Position numbers and translations under genes: made by a program
From: Clostridia bacterium
Lineage (GTDB): Bacteria > Bacillota > Clostridia > DUPQ01
NCBI GenBank assembly: GCA_030592355.1
Contig: JAUVJE010000002.1
Span: 1 to 34,746 of the forward strand
Reading direction: 5' to 3'
DNA: 34,746 nucleotides
Shown: positions 8,779-17,885 of the stretch, piece after piece
How positions within the stretch are numbered: position 1 is the stretch's first letter
How the letters are laid out: every line of letters starts with the position of its first letter
The notes under the pieces: model-generated
Told to the model about the DNA's origin: nothing
The model's database searches: none
What the model saw: only the letters and a program-made list of their open reading frames with translations

Positions 8779-10308
8779 ATGGCAAGACGGATAATGATAC
8801 TTGATACAACGTTGAGAGACGGGGAGCAGACCCCCGGGGTCAACCTGAATACTGAAGAAAAAACAGCTATTGCAAAGCAACTTGAAGCTCTTGGCGTTGA
8901 TACTATAGAAGCAGGTTTTGCAATCACATCAAAGGGTGATTTTGAAGCGGTTAAAGCTGTTGCGGAAAGCGTTGAGAAATGTGTGGTAACCAGTCTTGCA
9001 AGAGCCGTTAAAAAGGATATCGATATTGCCTGGGAAGCCGTAAAAAATGCTAAAAAACCAGGGATTCACACTTTTATAGCTACAAGTGATATTCATATGA
9101 AATATAAACTTCGTATGACAGAAGATGAAGTTCTTCAAAAAACTGCAGACATGGTTGCCTATGCAAAACAATATACTGACTACGTTGAATTTTCCGCTGA
9201 GGATGCCAGCCGGTCAAGAAGAGAATTTTTATACAAGGTATATGAAACTGCAATAGAAGCGGGAGCAATTATGCTGAATGTTCCGGATACGGTTGGTTAT
9301 ACAACCCCCGATGAATTCGGCAAACTCATACGCGATATAAAAGAAAATGTAAAAGGCATCGGCAAGGTAGGTATCAGCGTGCACTGTCATAATGATTTGG
9401 GTTTGGCTGTAGCTAATTCGCTGGCGGCCATAATGAATGGAGCAGACCTCATTGAGTGTACGATTAACGGACTTGGTGAAAGAGCGGGTAATGCCGCACT
9501 CGAAGAAATAATAATGGCCCTTGATACGAGGGAGGATTTCTTCGGTTTCACTCATAGTATTAATACTAAGCGAATAAGCAAGACCAGTTCTCTGGTAAGC
9601 ACACTCACAGGTATCAGCATACAACCCAACAAGGCAATCGTGGGAAAGAATGCATTCGCACATGAATCAGGAATACACCAGCATGGAGTTCTCGCGGAAA
9701 AAACCACATACGAAATAATGACGCCGGAATCTATAGGGCTAATGCATAACAGCATGGTGCTGGGCAAACATTCGGGCAGACATGCATTTGAAGAGCGACT
9801 GCACGAAATGGGTTATGAACTTAGCAAAGACGACCTTAACGACGCGTTTGTGAAATTTAAAGATCTTGCGGACAAAAAAAAACATGTTCAGACAGAAGAT
9901 CTGGAAGCTATTCTTCTTGACAAGATGTTCAAGGTAGAGGAAGTATTTAAGCTGGATAGTTTTCAAATAAACAGCGGGAATAAATTAATTGCTACTGCTA
10001 CAATACGGCTTAAAACAGATGGAGAATTCATCACAGAAGCCGCCACCGGGGATGGCCCCGTAGATGCGGCGTTGAATGCCATTGAAAGATGCATGGACTA
10101 TCCAATGAAACTTGAAGACTATAAAATCAAGGCTGTAACAGGCGGCAAAGATGCAATGGGAGAAGTAAATGTCCGTATTGCAAAAGACGGAAAACGATTT
10201 GTGGGACACGGTGTTTCTACAGATATTTTGGAAGCTAGCATAAGGGCGTATCTCAATGCAGCGAACAGAGCGTATTCGGTACTTGTACTAAAAAAGAATG
10301 GAGAGTGA
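8779..10308 (+). CDS. leuA: 2-isopropylmalate synthase
   Basis: Start at the ATG at 8779 (MARRIMILDTTLRDGEQ). HCHNDLGLAVANSLAA motif. The C-terminal LeuA dimerisation/regulatory domain is present. Confidence 0.9.
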   Translation: MARRIMILDTTLRDGEQTPGVNLNTEEKTAIAKQLEALGVDTIEAGFAITSKGDFEAVKAVAESVEKCVVTSLARAVKKDIDIAWEAVKNAKKPGIHTFIATSDIHMKYKLRMTEDEVLQKTADMVAYAKQYTDYVEFSAEDASRSRREFLYKVYETAIEAGAIMLNVPDTVGYTTPDEFGKLIRDIKENVKGIGKVGISVHCHNDLGLAVANSLAAIMNGADLIECTINGLGERAGNAALEEIIMALDTREDFFGFTHSINTKRISKTSSLVSTLTGISIQPNKAIVGKNAFAHESGIHQHGVLAEKTTYEIMTPESIGLMHNSMVLGKHSGRHAFEERLHEMGYELSKDDLNDAFVKFKDLADKKKHVQTEDLEAILLDKMFKVEEVFKLDSFQINSGNKLIATATIRLKTDGEFITEAATGDGPVDAALNAIERCMDYPMKLEDYKIKAVTGGKDAMGEVNVRIAKDGKRFVGHGVSTDILEASIRAYLNAANRAYSVLVLKKNGE

Positions 10309-10309
10309 C

Positions 10310-11872
10310 ATGAGTAGAGTTAGCATATATGATTCCACTCTCAGGGACGGCGCCCAGGGCAAAGGGATATCTTTTACAGTAAAAGATAAAATTAAGATTG
10401 TGAAAAAACTTGATGATTTGGGGATTGATTTTATTGAAGCCGGGAATCCCGGATCCAATCCAAAAGATAGTGATTTCTTTACTGAAATTAAGAAAATTGA
10501 TTTAAAACACACCAAAATAGTTGCCTTTGGAAGCACGCGGCGCCCTCACATAGATGTCATAGATGATGCTAATTTGCGTTCGCTTTTAGATGCAGGAACA
10601 GAAAACGTAACCATTTTTGGAAAGAGCTGGGATTTTCAGGTTAACGAAGTACTTAAAACTACGCTTTTGGAGAATCTTGCAATGATAAAGGATTCCATCG
10701 CATTTATGAAAGGCGAGGGAAAATCAGTTGTTTTTGATGCGGAACATTTCTTTGATGGATATAAAGCGAACCCGTCTTATGCCGTGAAAACTCTTCAGGC
10801 AGCCATAGACGGCGGTGCAGAAGTATTATGCCTTTGCGATACAAGGGGTGGAACATTACCTGCTGAAATAGGAGAAATAACAGGGGCAATAGTTTCTTTG
10901 GTGGATATTGAAGTAGGAATTCACTGCCATAATGACAATGGAATGGCTGTGGCTGGTTCAATAGCTGCGGTTGAGGCAGGTGCAGTTTCGGTTCAGGGGA
11001 CCATGAATGGTCTTGGCGAAAGATGCGGCAATGCAAATCTTACGACAATAGTTCCCAATCTGCAATTGCTTATGGGTAAGGAATGCATTCCCGGCGAAAG
11101 CATGAGAGTATGGTCTGAAACTGCGATTTATATAAGTGAAATATCCAATATGGCTTTGCCCGACGGCTCGCCTTTTGTGGGGTCGGCTGCTTTTGCCCAT
11201 AAGGGCGGTATGCATACGGATGCCATGGCAAAAAACCCGGTGTCATATGAGCTGTTTAATCCATCTAAAGTAGGAAACATCAGGCATATATTAATGAGTG
11301 AAGTAGCGGGTGGAAGCGCGGTTGTGAAACTTATAAATAAAATTAATGCGAATATAATAAAAAAGAGTCCCGAAACAAAAAAAATTATGTCAAAATTAAA
11401 GGAAATGGAATTCAAAGGATACCAATATGAAGCGGCAGAGGCAAGCTTTGAGCTGATTATTAGGAAAATTCTTGGATTGTACAAACCTTATTTTGAACTT
11501 GTAGAATTTAAAGTCATGGTAAACGAACCCAGTATTAATAATATAAATTCCACGGCCATGATAAAAATAAAAGTGGGAAGGCAATTCGAAATAACCGCCG
11601 CCGAAGGCGATGGTCCGGTGGATGCTCTGGATGGTGCTCTTCGAAAGGCGCTTACGAAATTTTATCCCAATCTGGAAAAGATTAAACTCACTGATTACAA
11701 AGTGCGTGTGTTGGATTCGGAATCGGCTACTGCTGCAAAGGTCCGTGTCTTAATTGAATCCACAGACGGTAAGTCCGAATGGACTACGATAGGTGTTTCA
11801 AGTGATATTATCGAGGCCAGTTGGCTTGCACTTGTAGACTCCATTGAGTATTGCCTTTGCCAGGAAGTGTAA
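10310..11872 (+). CDS. cimA: (R)-citramalate synthase
   Basis: Start at the ATG at 10310 (MSRVSIYDSTLRDGAQGKGISF). HCHNDNGMAVAGSIAA motif. The ~520-aa long-form architecture is typical of CimA. Confidence 0.8.
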   Translation: MSRVSIYDSTLRDGAQGKGISFTVKDKIKIVKKLDDLGIDFIEAGNPGSNPKDSDFFTEIKKIDLKHTKIVAFGSTRRPHIDVIDDANLRSLLDAGTENVTIFGKSWDFQVNEVLKTTLLENLAMIKDSIAFMKGEGKSVVFDAEHFFDGYKANPSYAVKTLQAAIDGGAEVLCLCDTRGGTLPAEIGEITGAIVSLVDIEVGIHCHNDNGMAVAGSIAAVEAGAVSVQGTMNGLGERCGNANLTTIVPNLQLLMGKECIPGESMRVWSETAIYISEISNMALPDGSPFVGSAAFAHKGGMHTDAMAKNPVSYELFNPSKVGNIRHILMSEVAGGSAVVKLINKINANIIKKSPETKKIMSKLKEMEFKGYQYEAAEASFELIIRKILGLYKPYFELVEFKVMVNEPSINNINSTAMIKIKVGRQFEITAAEGDGPVDALDGALRKALTKFYPNLEKIKLTDYKVRVLDSESATAAKVRVLIESTDGKSEWTTIGVSSDIIEASWLALVDSIEYCLCQEV

Positions 11873-11873
11873 C

Positions 11874-12134
11874 ATGATTCTGTACGGAAGACTTATGAAG
11901 GGAAATATGTTGTTGAAGGATTCCAAAGCTGCCGGAACGAATCCCAATGAATCTTTTCATGATTTGATGGAAAATGCTTTTTTGGAGTTATGCAGGAATC
12001 TGGACATTCCTGTTCCCATCTGGTTGAAAAAGAACACCAGAGAGATTGCCAGGTATAGAAAAACTTATTTTGAGAAAGAGCAATTTGTTGAAGATACGGT
12101 TTTTGACCGTTTTATACTTAGAATAGAGGTGTGA
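11874..12134 (+). CDS. Small hypothetical protein (86 aa)
   Basis: ORF begins 2 nt after the cimA stop and ends 1 nt before the next gene. No motif recognised. The start codon is uncertain. Confidence 0.35.
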   Translation: MILYGRLMKGNMLLKDSKAAGTNPNESFHDLMENAFLELCRNLDIPVPIWLKKNTREIARYRKTYFEKEQFVEDTVFDRFILRIEV

Positions 12135-12135
12135 A

Positions 12136-12861
12136 GTGAAAAAAAGACTTTTATTGATAATTCTGATTATTATTCCTGTCGTAATGCTTTCGGGCTGTGT
12201 TCCTAAAATTAGCGAAGACACATATGAAATAATGAATATTTTCTATGAAAACAGGACGCTGACATACGAACGTACTGAAAATGACTCTATTACGGATGTG
12301 GTTTATAATATAAATGTCGACGATAATATAGTTTCAACAAGTGTAGAAATTAATTTTGAAAGCGGACAATTCAGGTCAGAGTCAGTTTTCAATGCTGAAA
12401 CACTGATTCCCATAAGCGCTCATAAAGGAAATTCCTATGCCCTTGATCCGTCTCAAAACTGGGACATATTTGCCCAATATGGTGACTTGCTGAACATGAC
12501 GGCAAAAACCCCCGATAAAACGGAGATGAAAACGCTGGATCTTCCCAAGCGGTATATAGATAATGAAGCGTTGCTTTTCTCTATGGGAGCGCTCAAATAT
12601 GAAGAAGGTTTTGAAAAAAATATCAATGTTCCCATTATCGACGCCGGAGAAATTGTTACGTTTAAAGTTACATATCAGGGAAGGGAAACAATCGACGTTC
12701 CTTTTGGAACAATAGAGTGCATTAAAGTGGAAGTCAAGTACAATGGTCTTGTTCTGGGTGCAAAACCAAAAATGCATATGTGGTATACGGACGATAGCGA
12801 CCGGATTCCTGTAATGTATGAAAACCGGGGTATTTACCTCAAATTAAAGTCTGTATTATAA
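12136..12861 (+). CDS. Putative lipoprotein of unknown function
   Basis: GTG start. Signal peptide MKKRLLLIILIIIPVVMLSGC ends in the lipobox LSGC. The rest is hydrophilic and predicted beta-rich. Confidence 0.6.
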   Translation: MKKRLLLIILIIIPVVMLSGCVPKISEDTYEIMNIFYENRTLTYERTENDSITDVVYNINVDDNIVSTSVEINFESGQFRSESVFNAETLIPISAHKGNSYALDPSQNWDIFAQYGDLLNMTAKTPDKTEMKTLDLPKRYIDNEALLFSMGALKYEEGFEKNINVPIIDAGEIVTFKVTYQGRETIDVPFGTIECIKVEVKYNGLVLGAKPKMHMWYTDDSDRIPVMYENRGIYLKLKSVL

Positions 12862-12891
12862 TCCCGTAAAAAAAGTTTAGATTATAACTAT

Positions 12892-12920
12892 CATCCATAC
12901 ATCCCAAGGATGTATGGATG
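12892..12920. repeat. Palindromic element copy A (13-bp stem, CAA loop)
   Basis: CATCCATACATCC caa GGATGTATGGATG. It is near-identical to the core of the hairpin at 32461-32501 and has only a weak T-tract (TTTG). Confidence 0.8.
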
Positions 12921-12990
12921 TTTGAGTTAGCCTGCGACTCATTATTCGTTTAGTGTGGATGGATTTTGTTTAGCTCTGTTAAACTTTCTA

Positions 12991-13019
12991 TTGAAACAAA
13001 CGTAGAAAAATTATATAAT
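12991..13019 (+). promoter_or_regulatory. Putative sigma-A promoter of the purine-catabolism operon
   Basis: TTGAAA (12991-12996), 17-nt spacer, consensus TATAAT (13014-13019), ~47 nt upstream of the ATG at 13067. Confidence 0.5.
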
Positions 13020-13066
13020 TTGTATGCGGATATTCACTAGGGAGAGCGTTTTCTTCAGGGGGGGCT

Positions 13067-13651
13067 ATGAAACGTGATGCGGTCGTACTGGCGGCTGGAT
13101 TTTCGAGCCGTACAGACACTAATAAAATGACACTGGTAATAGAAAATAAAACAATTCTTGCGAGAGTTATTGAGACTCTTTCGTCTGTATGCGATGAAAT
13201 CGTGGTAGTGGGCGGACATAATTTTGATTCCATTAAGCAAATAACTGATGATTTCGACAGAGTAAAGCTGGTAAAAAACGAGGCATATCACCTTGGAATG
13301 TTCAGCTCTGTCATATGCGGAACAAGAGAAATGAAAAAAGATTTTTTCCTCATTCCCGGTGACTGCCCGGCCGTCAAAATAACAACGTATCAAAAGCTCT
13401 TAAAAAGCCGGGGGAATTTTATTGTGCCGGTATTTAATAAAAAAGGCGGTCATCCGGTGCTTATAAAAAAAGAATTGATTCCAAAGCTTCTTGACGAACC
13501 GGTTGAATCAAATCTTAAGGCCTTTAGAAATAAATGCAATCCCGAATTTGTTGAAGTAGATGACGAAGGAATCCTGCTGGATATAGATACTCCGGAGGAT
13601 TTTAACTATATAAAGGAAATTGTCGGGAGGAGGAGTCGCAGTGAAAATTGA
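13067..13651 (+). CDS. mocA: Molybdenum cofactor cytidylyltransferase (MobA/MocA-like nucleotidyltransferase)
   Basis: 194 aa. N-terminal AVVLAAGFSSR nucleotide-binding motif, IPGDCP, and the context next to Mo hydroxylases. Confidence 0.7.
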   Translation: MKRDAVVLAAGFSSRTDTNKMTLVIENKTILARVIETLSSVCDEIVVVGGHNFDSIKQITDDFDRVKLVKNEAYHLGMFSSVICGTREMKKDFFLIPGDCPAVKITTYQKLLKSRGNFIVPVFNKKGGHPVLIKKELIPKLLDEPVESNLKAFRNKCNPEFVEVDDEGILLDIDTPEDFNYIKEIVGRRSRSEN

Positions 13652-14435
13652 TTCATATCGAAGGGTTGGATCCATAGAAGAAGCTTATGAGCTGCTGACG
13701 GAAAAATCCGGTGCAGCGATTATCGGCGGAGGAGCATGGCTGAAACTTATGCCAAAGACAATAGATACTGCAATAGATTTGTCAGATTTGGGGTTGGATA
13801 AAGTAACCGGGTTAGAAAATGAATATGAAATTGGTTGTATGGTAAAACTCAGACAGCTTGAAAAATTCACTCCGTTCCAAATGATATTCGACGGCATCCT
13901 GATTCAAAGCGCAGGGTCAATCATGGGTGTTACTGTGAGGAATATCGCGACGGCCGGGGGCACTGTTGCGGGCAAATACGGATTTTCGGATTTGCTGCCC
14001 GTTCTTTTAGCCATGGATGCGGAAGTAGAATTATATAAAAGAGGCAGATTGAAACTTGAACAGTTTATGGATGAAACCGGTGTTTTAAAGGACATACTTA
14101 CTCGTATATATATTAGAAAAACCGAGGGACGCGGATGGTTTTATACGATGAAAAATACAGCTATCGATTTTCCTATCCTTAACGCCGCAATTACTTCTTC
14201 GCAAAAGGGATGCAGGATTGTAATAGGCGCCAGACCCTACAAGGCTGCATTGGCAAAAAAAGCGATGCAATTTATCGACAGAATTGAAAAACCGGGGGAA
14301 GTAGAAATAATTGAGGCCGCTAACATTGCTGCCGGCGAACTGAAATTTGGCAGCAACCAAAGAGGGTCTTCGGACTACAGGAGAGAACTTTGCATCACAT
14401 TTGTTAAGCGGGGGCTCAGGAAGGTGCTGTTATGA
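13641..14435 (+). CDS. Mo-hydroxylase set 1, FAD-binding (medium) subunit
   Basis: GTG start at 13641 behind GGAGGAGG. AAIIGGGAWL FAD_binding_5-type motif. CoxM/XdhB-like size (264 aa). Confidence 0.75.
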   Translation: MKIDSYRRVGSIEEAYELLTEKSGAAIIGGGAWLKLMPKTIDTAIDLSDLGLDKVTGLENEYEIGCMVKLRQLEKFTPFQMIFDGILIQSAGSIMGVTVRNIATAGGTVAGKYGFSDLLPVLLAMDAEVELYKRGRLKLEQFMDETGVLKDILTRIYIRKTEGRGWFYTMKNTAIDFPILNAAITSSQKGCRIVIGARPYKAALAKKAMQFIDRIEKPGEVEIIEAANIAAGELKFGSNQRGSSDYRRELCITFVKRGLRKVLL

Positions 14436-14881
14436 AAATTAAAATTAAAATAAACGGAACCATAAAAACAATTAACGTGAAAGCTGATGAATACCTTGTG
14501 GATACTCTGAGAAACAATGGGTGTGTTAGTGTGAGAAGAGGATGCGACACCACCTCATGCGGGATTTGCACGGTACTTCTTGACGGAGCGCCGGTGGCCT
14601 CATGCAGCTATCTTTCATGCAGGGCTGACAGTCATGAGGTGACGACCGTTGAAGGTATTCAGGAAGAAGCTGCACTAATAGCAGATTTCTTCGGGCATGA
14701 AGGAGCTGACCAATGCGGATATTGCAATCCATCCATGGCACTCACATTGTATGCGATGAAACGGGAACTTAAAAATCCTGATGATGATGAAATACGCGCC
14801 TACCTGGTAGGCAATCTTTGCAGATGCTCGGGATATGTCGCCCAGCACAGGGCAATCAGGGCTTATCTGGAGGTGGAATAA
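14432..14881 (+). CDS. Mo-hydroxylase set 1, [2Fe-2S] (small) subunit
   Basis: 149 aa. Both Cys clusters are present (CDTTSCGICTV...C and CGYCNP...CRCSGY). ATGA overlap with the FAD subunit. Confidence 0.85.
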   Translation: MKIKIKINGTIKTINVKADEYLVDTLRNNGCVSVRRGCDTTSCGICTVLLDGAPVASCSYLSCRADSHEVTTVEGIQEEAALIADFFGHEGADQCGYCNPSMALTLYAMKRELKNPDDDEIRAYLVGNLCRCSGYVAQHRAIRAYLEVE

Positions 14882-17193
14882 TGAAATATGTAAATAAAAC
14901 CATACCGTCCGTTGACGGAAAAGGTCTTATGATGGGCAAACCCGGTTATACAGATGACCTTGCGGAACCCAATTCATTGATCGTAAGAGTTCTCAGAAGT
15001 CCGCATCCTTTTGCAAAAATCATAAAAATAAATAAAGAAAAAGCATTGACGCTTGAAGGGGTCGAATGTGTTCTTACACATAAGGATTTTAAAAGAATTG
15101 CCGTAACCAGGGCGGGACAGGGATATCCGGAACCCTCGCCTCATGATAAGTTTATATTGGACGACCATGTACGCCATATAGGAGACGAAGTAGCTGCCGT
15201 AGCGGCATGTGATAAGGAAACCGCGAAAAAAGCCCTGGAACTTATTGATGTTGAATACGAAGTTCTGGAACCGGTGCTTGATTTCGAAAAAGCGTATGAA
15301 AACAAAAATGTAATACACAGCGAACCGGAAATACACGAGATGTTTCCTATAGGCCTTGAGCCTCTTAAAAATGTAGCAGCATCATATATGATGAATGTGG
15401 GTGATGTGGATAAGACCCTTGAGGAATGTGATGTTATATTGGACACCCGGTTCTACACACAGGCTCAGGCCCATGTGATGATGGAACCTCATACCGCTAA
15501 TGCAAGAATCGACTATCAGGGAAGACTGGTGATGTATTCATCTACGCAAACCCCTATACATGTAAGAAGAATACTCTCCCATGCACTGGAATATCCGCTT
15601 AGTAAAATTCGTGTAATTAAACCGAGAATCGGAGGGGGATACGGAGGCAAACAATGTCTTCACGGCGAATTTTTAGTAGCTGCTGTCACTCTGAGAACCG
15701 GGAAACCTTCAAAAATAGTTTATACACGAAAGGAAGTTTTTGAATCCACATTTTCACGGCACCCAATGCGTTTTGATATAAAATTAGGGGCAATGAACGA
15801 CGGTACGCTAAAAGGCATAGATGTGGATGTTCTTTCTGACACAGGCGCTTACGGCGAACATGCCCTTACCGTATTTATGGTCGCCGGTTCAAAAGTATTC
15901 CCTTTGTATAATAAAGTGGATTCAGTTCGTTTCGGAGGGAAAGTTGTTTATACAAATCACACACCTGCAGGGGCTTTCAGAGGGTATGGAGCCATTCAGG
16001 GCAATTATGCATTAGAATCCGCAATTGATATGCTCTGCGATAAGATGAATATCGACCCCGTGGAATTCCGGATGAAAAATATGATAAAGGAAGGGGAGAC
16101 ATCGCCGATATTTGCGATAATGGGAGAGGGCACTGAAGGCACTGCGATGAACATGGAATCCTGCAAACTGGATTATTGCGTAAAAAGAGGTCTTGAAATT
16201 ATAAATTGGAAAGACAAATATCCTAAAAAGACAACTGAAGATGGAAAAGTAAGGGGAGTGGGAATGGCCATAGCAATGCAGGGCTCGGGGATACCGTATA
16301 TTGATATGGGCTCGGCCATGATAAAATTAAACGATGACGGGTTTTTCAATCTGATGGTAGGAGCCACGGAACTTGGACAGGGCAGCGATACGATTCTTGG
16401 ACAAATTGCCGCGGAAAGCCTTGGTGTCAATCCCGATAAAATAGTTATTTATTCATCTGACTCAGACTTGACCCCATTTGATACCGGTGCTTATGCCTCA
16501 AGTACTACTTATGTGTCCGGCAATGCCGTAAAACTTACCGCTGACAGGATGAAAGAAATGATTATAGAAGAAGGAGCGAAAGCGTTGGGAACACGTTTAG
16601 CTGAAACTGATTTTGATGGTAAAATAATTAAATCAGGCGATAAAGAAATGACCCTTGCAGAATTATCAAACCGTCTTTATTACAATGAAGATCAGAAACA
16701 ACTGATGGCCTGCGAGTCTTATGTAGGCACAAAATCCCCACCGCCGTTTATGGCAGGTTTTGCAGAGGTAGAGATTGATCCTGAAACAGGTAAAGTTGAT
16801 ATTGTTGATTACGCTGCAGTTGTGGATTGCGGGACTACAATTAACCCAGCCCTTGCCAGGGTACAGGTGGAAGGCGGATTGGTACAGGGCATCGGCATGA
16901 CTATGTACGAGGATGTGGTGTATACGTCAAATGGAGGCATGGTTACAAATAACATGATGAACTATCGTATTCCCACAAGAAAAGAAATAACTGATATGCA
17001 TGTGGAATTCGCCGACAGTTTTGAACCGTCGGGACCATATGGAGCAAAGTCGGTGGGTGAAATCGGGATAGATACACCGCCGGCAGCTATTACAAATGCA
17101 ATTTACAACGCAGTTGGAGTAAGAATCCAGGAACTTCCGGTAACGCCGGAAAAAGTGTTTATGGGAATATTGAAGCAAAAGGATAAGGAGTAA
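14881..17193 (+). CDS. Mo-hydroxylase set 1, molybdopterin-binding (large) subunit, xanthine dehydrogenase family
   Basis: Start at the ATG at 14881 (1-nt overlap with the upstream TAA). 770 aa. Motifs RIGGGYGGKQ, AGAFRGYGAIQ and GAKSVGEIG. Confidence 0.85.
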   Translation: MKYVNKTIPSVDGKGLMMGKPGYTDDLAEPNSLIVRVLRSPHPFAKIIKINKEKALTLEGVECVLTHKDFKRIAVTRAGQGYPEPSPHDKFILDDHVRHIGDEVAAVAACDKETAKKALELIDVEYEVLEPVLDFEKAYENKNVIHSEPEIHEMFPIGLEPLKNVAASYMMNVGDVDKTLEECDVILDTRFYTQAQAHVMMEPHTANARIDYQGRLVMYSSTQTPIHVRRILSHALEYPLSKIRVIKPRIGGGYGGKQCLHGEFLVAAVTLRTGKPSKIVYTRKEVFESTFSRHPMRFDIKLGAMNDGTLKGIDVDVLSDTGAYGEHALTVFMVAGSKVFPLYNKVDSVRFGGKVVYTNHTPAGAFRGYGAIQGNYALESAIDMLCDKMNIDPVEFRMKNMIKEGETSPIFAIMGEGTEGTAMNMESCKLDYCVKRGLEIINWKDKYPKKTTEDGKVRGVGMAIAMQGSGIPYIDMGSAMIKLNDDGFFNLMVGATELGQGSDTILGQIAAESLGVNPDKIVIYSSDSDLTPFDTGAYASSTTYVSGNAVKLTADRMKEMIIEEGAKALGTRLAETDFDGKIIKSGDKEMTLAELSNRLYYNEDQKQLMACESYVGTKSPPPFMAGFAEVEIDPETGKVDIVDYAAVVDCGTTINPALARVQVEGGLVQGIGMTMYEDVVYTSNGGMVTNNMMNYRIPTRKEITDMHVEFADSFEPSGPYGAKSVGEIGIDTPPAAITNAIYNAVGVRIQELPVTPEKVFMGILKQKDKE

Positions 17194-17197
17194 AAAA

Positions 17198-17824
17198 ATG
17201 GACAGAAAGAAAATATTAAAACTAGTTTCGCAAATTATATTTTTCGGAGCTTTATGGGGAATTACAGAAGCCACGCTTGGATATTTATTGCATTTCCTTC
17301 CACCAACAGTTGCGGGGATAATCATGTTTCCCATAGCGGCATTCATTCTTATTAAATCATATAAAGCGACAGGATCAAGAGCCGCGCTGATTTATATTGG
17401 TTTCGTAGCGGCAGGAATAAAAGCAGTTGACTTTTTACTACCGGGAATGATTGTATTCAAAACTATAAATCCTATGATTTCAATAGTCCTTGAAGCGCTG
17501 GTAGTTGCCGCTGCCTATCCGATGCTGAGCAATTTAAAAGCAGGATGGAAACTTTCAGGCGGTATTGCGGCAAGTGTGGGATGGCGTACGGGTTACATAA
17601 TATATATGGTCATTCAATATTTTATTACAGGGTTTGTATCAAGCTATATCTCAACACCGTTTTTCACAATTAATTTTATGCTGTTGAATGGTGTTCTAAG
17701 TGGAGTCCTGCTATTTGGAATGTTGATGCTGGAATCAAAAGTAAAGCTTAAAGCAATGAAATTCAGACCTGTTTATGCCCTTGCAGCGCTGGTGCTGGCC
17801 ATGGGCCTGCAACTGGTTATTTAA
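17198..17824 (+). CDS. Integral membrane protein, ~6-7 TM, unknown function
   Basis: 208 aa, almost entirely hydrophobic segments. AAGGAG RBS. Starts 5 nt after the Mo-subunit stop. No family motif recognised. Confidence 0.6.
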   Translation: MDRKKILKLVSQIIFFGALWGITEATLGYLLHFLPPTVAGIIMFPIAAFILIKSYKATGSRAALIYIGFVAAGIKAVDFLLPGMIVFKTINPMISIVLEALVVAAAYPMLSNLKAGWKLSGGIAASVGWRTGYIIYMVIQYFITGFVSSYISTPFFTINFMLLNGVLSGVLLFGMLMLESKVKLKAMKFRPVYALAALVLAMGLQLVI

Positions 17825-17830
17825 ATAAGC

Positions 17831-17856
17831 AAAAATTGTCCCTTTGGACAATTTTT
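17831..17856 (+). terminator. Hairpin after the membrane-protein gene (weak terminator or processing site)
   Basis: AAAAATTGTCC cttt GGACAATTTTT. The A5/T5 tracts form the base of the stem. An alternative pairing exists between TTGTCCC (17836-42) and GGGACAA (17858-64). Confidence 0.45.
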
Positions 17857-17885
17857 GGGGACAAATTTGTACTTGAGGAATATAA

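Noticed and set aside
12949-12955. TTTAGTG upstream of the 12991 promoter resembles the half-site of the 28591-28624 inverted repeat.
   Set aside because: Only a 6-7-nt match with no partner half-site. This is expected by chance in AT-rich DNA and is not evidence of a shared operator.
14818-14880. Upstream extension of the set 1 Mo-subunit ORF (track start 14818). Similar extensions occur at 1603, 3544, 7109, 8770, 10298, 11844, 13620 and 28636.
   Set aside because: The extensions overlap the preceding gene or lack an RBS. The internal starts sit behind GGAGG-like sites and coincide with the conserved N-termini of the families.
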